63,776 nucleotides of DNA from Thermotogaceae bacterium (GTDB lineage: Bacteria > Thermotogota > Thermotogae > MWEM01), in NCBI GenBank assembly GCA_030445775.1, contig JASUTC010000002.1, positions 1 through 63,776 on the forward strand, in the 5' to 3' direction. The position numbers and the translations under genes are program-made. The first letter of the stretch is position 1, and every line of letters begins with the position of its first letter. Below are positions 1-8,263 of the stretch, piece after piece. The notes below the pieces were generated by a model that saw only the letters and a list, made by a program, of their open reading frames with translations, searched no databases and was not told where the DNA came from.

Positions 1-253
1 CTTCCAACTCTTTGATAAACGATTCATCAGATAATTCACGGTGATCATTGATAAACGAAAGAAAGTGACTGGCAGAACCAAAAACAAGTAATCTGTTGCG
101 TATCAGTCGGGTAACAAATTTCACATCCAAATATTTACGAACCCAGTTGAGTTCGTTTCTTTTTCCTGTGATTTTCAATGTTAGATAAGAACGATCGAAA
201 ACAAAACGACTCGGCTCTGAACAAGCTATAGAGTCGAGTATACACATCTCCAT
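1..253 (-). CDS. hypothetical protein, 5' fragment (gene continues beyond the window start)
   Basis: Hand translation of the minus strand from ATG at 253-251 gives MEMCILDSIACSEPSRFVFDRSYLTLKITGKRNELNWVRKYLDVKF... with no stop down to position 1. A G6 SD-like run lies 10 nt upstream. It is not in the ORF track because it is truncated. No family recognised. Confidence 0.4.
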   Translation of the reverse strand, partial: MEMCILDSIACSEPSRFVFDRSYLTLKITGKRNELNWVRKYLDVKFVTRLIRNRLLVFGSASHFLSFINDHRELSDESFIKELE

Positions 254-396
254 ATGTAATATACCCCCCACATATTATAAGAAAAAAATATACCCCACAG
301 ATAGTATACACCTATGAAATTTTTTTTGCAACCGTTTTTGTTTTTCATTTGAGTATCTCTTATTCGATTGATTTGAAATCATCTAAAAAAAATTCA

Positions 397-405
397 TGTT
401 ATAAT
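397..405 (+). promoter_or_regulatory. extended -10 promoter element TGTTATAAT
   Basis: TGnTATAAT lies 34 nt upstream of the ATG at 439. No well-spaced -35 is present (TTGAAA at 373-378 is 21 nt away). Confidence 0.35.
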
Positions 406-438
406 CTGCTGGCATATTTAGGAAATGAGGCGTATATT

Positions 439-1170
439 ATGGATTACTTATTATTGGGAATGATCCTTTTCATTTTGTTTTTTTCTTTAAGGACAAATTA
501 TAAGATTTCAAATCTTGAAGAAAGACAGAAAAAAAACAGTCAAAAGCAAAAAGAGGAGATGGAAAAGACACTTTCAAAAATCAAAGTGATTAATGAATCA
601 ATGGAGAAAAAAATTGTGTTTTTACAAAAAACGCTTAATGATTTCAGAGAATACCAAGACAATGCAAATTTAAAATACCAGAATGCTTTTAAAAAACAAC
701 TTACAACAATCAAAAATGATACTGAACTGATTAAAACTCTCTATCTAAAACCTGATAAAAAATCACAGGAAACTAACGATACTGATAAATTAGCAGAAAT
801 CAAAGATTCAACCGCTGTAAAAGAAACACCCTCGGAAGATTCTAATACCATCACACAAGAAGAAAAACATGTTGATTTGTTTAGCGAAAAAGTCAAAGAA
901 AAACTAAAAAAAATGAGTGGTGATGAAATATGGCTTTTAAAACAGTTCTTAACTCAAGCACCCATGCAATGGCAAAATGTTTCTGAAATTGAAGATGAGG
1001 TTTCCATGCCAAAATTTAAAATCCCCAAACTGAGTCGGCAATTTATAATCGATGGGTTACCTATTTTGATGATAAAACATGCAGGTGATAAGATGTTTGT
1101 TAAATGGGGAGAAGGATTAACCAGCGATAAGATAGAAGATATTCAAAAGGTAATCAGGGGTGAATGGTAA
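439..1170 (+). CDS. membrane-anchored coiled-coil protein, partner of the BrxD-like ATPase
   Basis: The ORF track gives 349..1170 with a TTG start. ATG at 439, preceded by GAGG and by the extended -10 at 397-405, is the more likely start. It has one N-terminal TM helix (YLLLGMILFILFFSL), a long K/E/Q-rich coiled coil and a C-terminal globular part of about 90 aa. Its TAA (1168-1170) overlaps the next gene's ATG. Confidence 0.6.
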   Translation: MDYLLLGMILFILFFSLRTNYKISNLEERQKKNSQKQKEEMEKTLSKIKVINESMEKKIVFLQKTLNDFREYQDNANLKYQNAFKKQLTTIKNDTELIKTLYLKPDKKSQETNDTDKLAEIKDSTAVKETPSEDSNTITQEEKHVDLFSEKVKEKLKKMSGDEIWLLKQFLTQAPMQWQNVSEIEDEVSMPKFKIPKLSRQFIIDGLPILMIKHAGDKMFVKWGEGLTSDKIEDIQKVIRGEW

Positions 1171-2396
1171 TGCCATCCTTTGAAGAAGAAATAATAAGAT
1201 CATTAAGAAATGGTTCTGATCTTCCTTTTGGTGCAGCTTTCAGAATCATCCATGGTCGAGAGCGTGAAACTGATATTCTCCGAAAAGATATTCAATTTGT
1301 CGCAAACGGCGGAAGTGCGTTAAAGGTTTTTTTAGGAGATTACGGAACGGGAAAAACACTCTTGGGAAGAATCGCCCTTGAAAAGGGATTAGAAAATAAT
1401 CTCCTGCCTATATATGTTTCTGAACCGCCTTTAAACAAGCCTGTTGAATCTTATCAAGCAATGATCAACGGAATCATTACACCGGAATTTAAGGGTGATT
1501 CCCTTTTTTATCTCTTATCTCAATGGTCTGAAAAATTGATATCAGAGTTGGAAAAACAGGGGATAGAGAGAGGACAGGATGAAATATTCATTAACAGAAT
1601 CAACGAAAAAGTGTTAGAATATGAGTTCACTAATGACTTCAATATGGGGCTGTCAGCATTTATTAAGGCGCATATACTCAAACGTGACGATGAAAAAAAG
1701 AAGATCGTAGATTGGATGTCCGGGAGGAAAATTAGTTTTAATGAATTAAAAAAAATCAAAATTTCAAGAAAGGTTGAAAACAGGGAAGAAAGTTTTATCT
1801 TTTTGAAGGACATTCTAAAACTATCAAGAGCAATTGAATACAGTGGTGTTGTGATTGTTTTTGATGAATTGGAATTAATGCAAGATCAAAGAAAAAATAC
1901 CGCATTGAAAGGCTATGAATCGCTTCGTTCTATTATGGATATGATCTCTTCAAAAGAATTACCCAATTTATATTGCATCTGGTTGGGAACTCCTCAATGG
2001 TTTGAAAATAGCGAAAGAGGTGTAAATAGTTATTTAGCTCTTTACGATAGACTAAGAACAGAAATGAGTACTACGACTGAATCAACGGTTCAAATTCTTA
2101 AACCCGTTTCACCTGAAATTTACAAAGATTTTGTATCAAGTATTATTGATATTTATTCTTTAGCATACAATATTAAACCAAAGATTTCCCTTTCACAGAA
2201 CACCGTTACTACTCTACAGGAAAAACTCACTTCACCTTTTCACAATGACAAATTCGTTGAAATGAGACAAGTTGTAAAGACAACGGTGGAATTCCTGGAC
2301 ATGATAAAGGATTCTAAAAGTGAAAAAACGGCTTTAGAAGAAATTGCTCCCAAGGAAAAGGAAGATGATGAGAAACTCAAACAGTTTTGGGCGTAA
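1164..2396 (+). CDS. P-loop ATPase, DUF2791 / BREX BrxD-like family
   Basis: N-terminal EEEIIRSLRNGSDLP motif, Walker A GDYGTGKT and Walker B VVIVFDELE in a protein of about 410 aa. I associate this layout with DUF2791 (BrxD/PglY-type) ATPases. ATG at 1164 (or 1170) overlaps the upstream stop. Confidence 0.6.
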   Translation: MVMPSFEEEIIRSLRNGSDLPFGAAFRIIHGRERETDILRKDIQFVANGGSALKVFLGDYGTGKTLLGRIALEKGLENNLLPIYVSEPPLNKPVESYQAMINGIITPEFKGDSLFYLLSQWSEKLISELEKQGIERGQDEIFINRINEKVLEYEFTNDFNMGLSAFIKAHILKRDDEKKKIVDWMSGRKISFNELKKIKISRKVENREESFIFLKDILKLSRAIEYSGVVIVFDELELMQDQRKNTALKGYESLRSIMDMISSKELPNLYCIWLGTPQWFENSERGVNSYLALYDRLRTEMSTTTESTVQILKPVSPEIYKDFVSSIIDIYSLAYNIKPKISLSQNTVTTLQEKLTSPFHNDKFVEMRQVVKTTVEFLDMIKDSKSEKTALEEIAPKEKEDDEKLKQFWA

Positions 2397-2445
2397 ACTG
2401 GAGTTGAAACAAATTACTTTAAAACACCCAAAAGACGCCATCTAT

Positions 2446-2454
2446 GTGTTATAA
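2446..2454 (+). promoter_or_regulatory. extended -10 promoter element TGTTATAAT
   Basis: The same 9-mer as at 397-405 lies 23 nt upstream of the GTG at 2477. This suggests the HD-GYP gene has its own promoter and a very short leader. Confidence 0.35.
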
Positions 2455-2476
2455 TCCTTTTCGCTATTGAATAAAT

Positions 2477-3613
2477 GTGGGGGGGCCACTTATTATCAGT
2501 ACATATGATGATGTGCTAACATTCGATTCTTTTCGTTTTTTTGAAAATCCAAATATTGCAGCGGCATATCTGTCTCGTGTTGATTATAAAGGACGGCATT
2601 TATCATATCAAATTTCAAATTGTTTAAATCTACCGCCATTTATAGAAGAACAAATACCTCATTCTCATGCACTTAAAATCTTTCAAGAAAAAGAAATAAA
2701 ACTAATCAATGAACTGCCACTCCGGTATATTACACAGAATCAGAAAAGTGTTTTCACCGAGAATATGATCAAGAAAAACATCACAGCCGTTTTAAGGATG
2801 CCTTTAGGTAGAATAGAGAATGTAACTTTTTTTCTTAGCATTCTTTCTGAAAATGATTATATCTGTGGCAGGGAATTTGTAGAACAACTGTTAAAAGAAA
2901 AAGAATCAATGACCGATAAAATTTACGCCTTTTACAGTGCTTTGTTAACCATTAAAAATCTCTTTTTGAGTTATAGAAAAATTCTTGAATTAAAGGGTGA
3001 TGAAACCTTTGCACATATGGAAAGAGTAGCTGTTTATTCGCATGAAATAGCGTTAAGAACATGGCATTTGGCCAATCAATTAAACCAACAAGAGTTACTA
3101 AAAAAGTTTTCCCCTTTCACTTTTGAAACACTGAAACTTGCTGCTACCATCCATGATGTAGGAAAATTAGCCATTCCAGAAAACATTTTAAACAAACCAT
3201 CAAAATTAACTAAAGAGGAATTTGAAATAATTAAAACTCATAGTGCAAAAGGAATGGAAATTCTAAACACAGCCTTCCCCACAAAAGGTTATGCACGAGG
3301 TGAATTATTTTCAAAGGAACTATACGCTATCATTGATGTCACTAAAGAAATCATCTATCAACATCATGAAAGAATGGATGGAACAGGTTACCCAAATGGC
3401 TTGAAAGGACATGAGGTAGGATTATTTTCAAAGATAGTATCTGTAGCAGATGTATTTGATGCCATTACCTCTAAAAGAATTTATAAAGCAAAACAAAGCC
3501 CAGAAATAGCCTTAACAGAAATGGTTAAAGAACAGTACAATAAATATGATCCGTTAATTTTAGAAGCCCTTTTTAGAACCCAAAATAAGTCATTGTTACA
3601 ATCAATCCAATAA
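2477..3613 (+). CDS. HD-GYP domain cyclic-dinucleotide phosphodiesterase
   Basis: The C-terminal half contains HDVGKLAIPENILNKP...HHERMDGTGYPNGL, i.e. the HD and GYP signatures. The N-terminal ~180 aa is unassigned. The start is uncertain: GTG at 2477 is embedded in ATGTGGGGGGG. Confidence 0.85.
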   Translation: MGGPLIISTYDDVLTFDSFRFFENPNIAAAYLSRVDYKGRHLSYQISNCLNLPPFIEEQIPHSHALKIFQEKEIKLINELPLRYITQNQKSVFTENMIKKNITAVLRMPLGRIENVTFFLSILSENDYICGREFVEQLLKEKESMTDKIYAFYSALLTIKNLFLSYRKILELKGDETFAHMERVAVYSHEIALRTWHLANQLNQQELLKKFSPFTFETLKLAATIHDVGKLAIPENILNKPSKLTKEEFEIIKTHSAKGMEILNTAFPTKGYARGELFSKELYAIIDVTKEIIYQHHERMDGTGYPNGLKGHEVGLFSKIVSVADVFDAITSKRIYKAKQSPEIALTEMVKEQYNKYDPLILEALFRTQNKSLLQSIQ

Positions 3614-5105
3614 TAACGCTATAGATCGTAATCACATTACTGAGCTTAAATAATTTATAGGGATAATGATTTTTGATCTTCTTTGAAAAAAGTAAGAGAA
3701 TAATAATTCCGACCCCAAAGAAGACCACAGGTTCCAACAAGAATTCTAAATCAAAATGGTTTATACTGTTAAAAGTTCCAAATATGATGCATATTAAAGC
3801 AAGCAGCAAAAGGGCTGTATCTTTCTCAATAAACCCTTTCATTTTCAGAGATGGTTTAACAGCAAGGGCAAACTTCCCCACTGCAATAACTGAACCAACA
3901 GTGGCAAAGATGAGTCCAATTGGTATGAAACCATTTGAAAAAACGATGATCTCATGTTTATAAAATGATCCCAAAAAGAAAGGTAATCCGGAAATCGATA
4001 AATAGCCTATCCAAATAGTTACAAACAAGGAAATGGGAACAGGTCTTTTAGGTGTATCGATGTTTCTCGTACCATGTATATGCTGATAATAACCAGCAGA
4101 TAAAAACAATAACGCTTTAAAAATCGAATGTGAAAAGGCATATTCCACACCATAATTATTCCAACCTTCCAAGATAAAACCCATTTGGGACATCGTGCTA
4201 AAAGCAAGTATTAATTTGATATCCTTTTGTTTGATTGACAAATAAGCACCAAACAATGCACTAACAATGCCTACATAGATTAAATATTGTGTTATAAGAT
4301 TGCTATTTATAGCTTGGTTGATTCTTAATACATGAAAAATACCGGCATTTACAATGACTCCGGATAAAATCGCTGAGATTGAACTCTCAGAATCTGAATG
4401 GGCTGAGGGTAACCACATACTGTAAAAGAAAATCCCAGATTTAATCAAAAGAGCAGATATAAGGATTAAGAACGGTAAAGTATAATGATGGTTCGCCTGT
4501 GATAAAAGTGTAATATTCAATGTTCCATATTGATGATAAATCATTGCTGTTGCAACAAGGTAAATATTAAAGCTGATTGCGCTTAATATCATATACTTCA
4601 AGCTGGACCAGATTTGTCTGTTTTTTAATTCTATAGAGATTAACAAATAAGATATGAGTGACATTAATTCCAGAGTGACATAGATATTGAAGAGATCGTT
4701 TGCCAAAAATAAACATGTTAAATCAGATAACAAGAGATTGATTAAAAAATAAAATTTCCAATTGTAATCTTTTTTTGACGAATAAATGATAACAGCCAAA
4801 AAAACAATATAGGTTGCTGCAAGGAAGAGTAACGAATCCATATTAAAAAACACTTCAACCCCGTTTTGAAGATGCCAACCGCCAAACACTAAACTAACGG
4901 GAAGAAGCTCTTTATTATTATAAAAATATAGGAGAAACATCATGAAAAGAACGATCTGAACGATCGGGATTTTTTTAGCATATTTTTTTAGAAAAGGGAT
5001 TAAAAATGGAACTGCAAGACACAAAATAATGGAATATTGTAATAGCGTAGATGTCAAATATAAACCTCCCAAAATAAATGAATTTTTAATTACAGATAGT
5101 AACAA
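3573..5105 (-). CDS. Mrp/Mnh antiporter subunit D-like, complex I subunit 5 (NuoL/M/N) family membrane protein
   Basis: 510 aa and polytopic, with proton-conducting membrane transporter family features. TTG start. The frame stays open and hydrophobic for 18 more codons upstream without a canonical start. Confidence 0.75.
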   Translation of the reverse strand: MLLSVIKNSFILGGLYLTSTLLQYSIILCLAVPFLIPFLKKYAKKIPIVQIVLFMMFLLYFYNNKELLPVSLVFGGWHLQNGVEVFFNMDSLLFLAATYIVFLAVIIYSSKKDYNWKFYFLINLLLSDLTCLFLANDLFNIYVTLELMSLISYLLISIELKNRQIWSSLKYMILSAISFNIYLVATAMIYHQYGTLNITLLSQANHHYTLPFLILISALLIKSGIFFYSMWLPSAHSDSESSISAILSGVIVNAGIFHVLRINQAINSNLITQYLIYVGIVSALFGAYLSIKQKDIKLILAFSTMSQMGFILEGWNNYGVEYAFSHSIFKALLFLSAGYYQHIHGTRNIDTPKRPVPISLFVTIWIGYLSISGLPFFLGSFYKHEIIVFSNGFIPIGLIFATVGSVIAVGKFALAVKPSLKMKGFIEKDTALLLLALICIIFGTFNSINHFDLEFLLEPVVFFGVGIIILLLFSKKIKNHYPYKLFKLSNVITIYSVIIGLIVTMTYFGF

Positions 5106-5292
5106 GATTATACCAATAAGGATGCTAAAAATAGTTAAAGAGGTGGATAAATTAAAGACTTAAATCGTAAAAGGTACTGAAATAATATTTTATTCGGTTT
5201 AAAAATAAAATTCTACTTAAAACGTTTATTATAGGCTGGTCAAAAGAAAAAATGGAAAACACAGACAAGTAAGGATATAAACCTGAATTATT

Positions 5293-5673
5293 TCAGGGTT
5301 CAAGTTCGCCCCTCCTTTCTTCCTCAACAAGTTTTTCTATTTTATCTTCCTCAACTGTGTCATAGCTCTTTGAAAGATACATGGCAAAAACCAAAGATAA
5401 AGATTGTGTTGCAAAACCAATAACTACTGCCGTTAATACCAAGGCTTGTGGTAAAGGATCGGAAAAGGATTGTTGTGTAATGACTGAATGAACAGATTGA
5501 AGTATTGGTGGTACGGTAGAATTTGTTGAGCCAATATATAGAAAAATTCCAATAGTGGCTACGTTCATAACTCCAAGCATCAGCAACTTTTTTATTATGT
5601 TTTTAGTATAATACACACCAAAAAAGCCACAAATAAAAGTAGCACATATAAACAACAACTCCAACTCTCTCAT
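5293..5673 (-). CDS. Mrp/Mnh antiporter subunit C-like (NuoK-like)
   Basis: 126 aa with three TM helices. The conserved DPLPQALVLTAVVIGFA motif is typical of MnhC/MrpC. Confidence 0.75.
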   Translation of the reverse strand: MRELELLFICATFICGFFGVYYTKNIIKKLLMLGVMNVATIGIFLYIGSTNSTVPPILQSVHSVITQQSFSDPLPQALVLTAVVIGFATQSLSLVFAMYLSKSYDTVEEDKIEKLVEEERRGELEP

Positions 5674-5755
5674 GAAGTCCTCCTTTTTTGTTTAATCGAA
5701 TATATCACAAAAAACAACAAAAAGAAAATGATTTTATATTCAACAATTAATATTA

Positions 5756-6256
5756 ATGTTTGACATATATGAGATTATACTATATATTGTTAGTCGAGAT
5801 GATGATATGAAAAGTATAATCGAATGGATTTTGAATACTTCGTTTGATGATTTAAAAAGAGGATATACCTTCGATGATGAAAGCGACGCTTATCTTTGTT
5901 TGATTTGCGGAAGAACTTTTAATGCTGGTCATATTTACCCAGTAAATAATGAATTTTTAGACGCTCCCACAAGAATGGCTCAGCATGTTGAACAGGTACA
6001 TCACGGAATGATTGATTTCTTGTTGTCAATGGACAAAAAATACACCGGCTTAAGTGATATTCAAATTAGTATACTAAAATAATTCAATCAGAAAAAAGAT
6101 GATACTCAGATCTCCAAATCACTAAATATTACAAAATCAAATGTAAGAAATCATCGATTTCGTTTGAAGGAAAAGGCAAAACAAGCCAAGGTGTTTTTAA
6201 CTATCTTTGAAATGATTGAAGCTAAAACAGATTCAGGTCAAAAATTAATCAACTAA
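5756..6256 (+). pseudogene. Cys/His-domain plus LuxR/sigma70-region-4-like HTH regulator interrupted by an in-frame TAA at 6080-6082
   Basis: The ORF track ends at 6082. Hand translation in the same frame continues FNQKKDDTQISKSLNITKSNVRNHRFRLKEKAKQAKVFL... to TAA at 6254-6256. The stop falls inside LSDIQISILK*FNQKKDDTQISKSLNITKSNVRNH, which reads as a single HTH unit. Confidence 0.55.
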
Positions 6257-6316
6257 AATATGGATTAATGGATCGAAAAAATGATTGTAAAGAATACTTG
6301 ATAAAGACTAATATTT

Positions 6317-6346
6317 AAAAGACAGGGTGAGCCCCTGTCTTTTTAT
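6317..6346. terminator. bidirectional intrinsic terminator
   Basis: Stem GACAGGG (6321-6327) pairs with CCCTGTC (6333-6339). It is flanked by an A-run and TTTTT and sits between convergent genes. Confidence 0.7.
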
Positions 6347-6350
6347 AATC

Positions 6351-7163
6351 TTAAAAAAGAATGGAACAAAGCTTTGCAATTTCTTCAAGGAATAAACGAT
6401 CTTCTTCTGTAAAGGGATTGACTGTATGTGAGTCTATGTCGATTTCACCCACTACTTTACCCTCTTTAAAAATTGGACTGAGTATTTCTGATTTCACTTC
6501 AGGACTACAAGACAGGTAATTTGTTTCCAAATTAACATCTTGAACAACAAAACTGATTTCTTTTTCTGCTGCTTGTCCGCATATACCTTCACCAAAATGG
6601 ATTCTTTTGTGGTCAGTTGGTGCCCCAACAAAAGGTCCTAATATTAATTCCCTGTCTTTTTCAGGATCAACTATGTAAAAGCCCACCCAATCGTAATAAT
6701 CAATATTTTCTTTTAATAGTTGACAAACAGAATATAATTTTTCTTCCCTTTCACCAGGCTTTTCTAAAATTGATTTAACCGAATCGATTGTATTTATAAA
6801 ATGAGGGTTCAGAAGTTTTGATTCACCTTCAATAATCCTGTCTAAAAATTTGAAGGCACGTCTCATATGTGGAATAACAATGGATCCACCAACCATTGCA
6901 GCAATGGATAAAGCCTCCTGAATCTCTTCCGGAGAAACCTTTTCCTCCAAACATCTGATAATATGGTATTGAATACAATCATCACATCGCAAGACAGCAG
7001 ATGCCACAAGCCCTAATAATTCTTTTTGGTTTTTATTCAGAACACCTTCACGGTACATTTGAGAATCAAGACTGTAAAATCTCTTCAATTCCTTTCCTGC
7101 ATATTTCATAACATATTCATTTAGCTCATCTCGTTCTTTCATAAAGTTTGATTTTGCATTCAT
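6351..7163 (-). CDS. fusion protein: AhpD-like carboxymuconolactone decarboxylase (CxxC) domain plus GAF domain of the free methionine-R-sulfoxide reductase type
   Basis: The N-terminal half has LRCDDCIQYH and MVGGSIVIPH, as in the AhpD/CMD core. The C-terminal half has YDWVGFYIVDP...GPFVGAPTDHKRIHFGEGICGQAA...SEILSPIF..GKVVGEIDIDSH, typical of the fRMsr/MsrC GAF family. Confidence 0.8.
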   Translation of the reverse strand: MNAKSNFMKERDELNEYVMKYAGKELKRFYSLDSQMYREGVLNKNQKELLGLVASAVLRCDDCIQYHIIRCLEEKVSPEEIQEALSIAAMVGGSIVIPHMRRAFKFLDRIIEGESKLLNPHFINTIDSVKSILEKPGEREEKLYSVCQLLKENIDYYDWVGFYIVDPEKDRELILGPFVGAPTDHKRIHFGEGICGQAAEKEISFVVQDVNLETNYLSCSPEVKSEILSPIFKEGKVVGEIDIDSHTVNPFTEEDRLFLEEIAKLCSILF

Positions 7164-7267
7164 TTCATTCCCACCCCCAAAAATTTAATCAAATTATATC
7201 ATGCATCAAAGAATGCCCATCAAATCTTATTAAGAAAATGAATGCTATATGCTATAATTTTCATGAA

Positions 7268-8263
7268 ATGAAAGGTGGGATCAAATTGAAAAAAGCCATT
7301 ATTGCCTTGGATGTAGGTGGCACAAAGGTATTAGGAGCGCTTTTTGACGATGAATTCAACATCATACAAAGAAAGAAAAAGTTAACCAAAGCCTTCGATG
7401 GTGTAGATAAAATCTTGAACCAGATTTCAAAAGTAATATCTAAATTGTTAGATACAGCCAAAGAAGCGGATATGGAAGTTGTTGCCATAGGAGCTGGAGT
7501 ACCTGGAGTAATAAAAGATGGTATGGTATTATTCACCCCAAACCTTCCCTGGAATCATTACCCACTTGCAAAAGAAATTGAAGATCTTTTTAAGATACCA
7601 GTCGTTATCGGAAATGACGCAAACGTTTCACTTTTAGGAGAATGGGGGCATGGAATAGCTAAAGATACAACCAACACTGTCGGTTTTTTTGTAGGTACCG
7701 GTGTCGGTGGGGGGCTGATTCTCAATTCCAAAATATATACCGGTAATATAGGGCTTGCAGGAGAGATTGGTCATATTACATTGAATCCGGATGGTATTAT
7801 TTGCGGGTGTGGTTCCAGAGGTTGCTTAGAAAGTTATTCTTCTAAAACCGGTATTTTAAAGTATATTCAATCACAAATCAGACACGGAAGAGATTGTTTG
7901 TTAAAAGATGAAATTGCTGAGGACAGTTCGGATTATATTCTTAGAAGTTCAATTATAAAAGACGCTTTAGACAAAGGAGATGAATGTATGACAGAAGCTA
8001 TAGAAATAGCCGCTAAATACCTTGGTGTTGCTGTAGCGTCTTCTTTAAACATTCTCAACCCTGAAATGGTTGTTTTTGGCGGTGGCCTTGTTGAAGCTTT
8101 GGGAAATGATTTTATAGATAAAATAAAAGCATATGTATCCCTCTATTCAGTTCCTCACGCCACTGATAACTGTACTTTCAAACTTTCCGTGCTTGGAGAT
8201 GACGCTTGTCTTTACGGTGCATTAACAATGGTTGAAGACAGAATGGCAGATCAGAGGCAATAA
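7268..8263 (+). CDS. ROK family sugar kinase (glucokinase-like)
   Basis: ALDVGGTKV ATP-binding motif, GNDANVSLLGE, and the ROK zinc motif GHITLNPDGIICGCGSRGCLE. The ORF-track start at 7148 is unlikely; ATG at 7268 or TTG at 7286 after AAAGGTGGGA is preferred. Confidence 0.85.
   Translation: MKGGIKLKKAIIALDVGGTKVLGALFDDEFNIIQRKKKLTKAFDGVDKILNQISKVISKLLDTAKEADMEVVAIGAGVPGVIKDGMVLFTPNLPWNHYPLAKEIEDLFKIPVVIGNDANVSLLGEWGHGIAKDTTNTVGFFVGTGVGGGLILNSKIYTGNIGLAGEIGHITLNPDGIICGCGSRGCLESYSSKTGILKYIQSQIRHGRDCLLKDEIAEDSSDYILRSSIIKDALDKGDECMTEAIEIAAKYLGVAVASSLNILNPEMVVFGGGLVEALGNDFIDKIKAYVSLYSVPHATDNCTFKLSVLGDDACLYGALTMVEDRMADQRQ

Noticed and set aside
3673-4207. ORFs 3673-3963 (+) and 4019-4207 (-) inside the MrpD-like gene
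   Set aside because: They are embedded in, or antisense to, a well-supported 510-aa membrane protein gene. They have no SD and only low-complexity translations.
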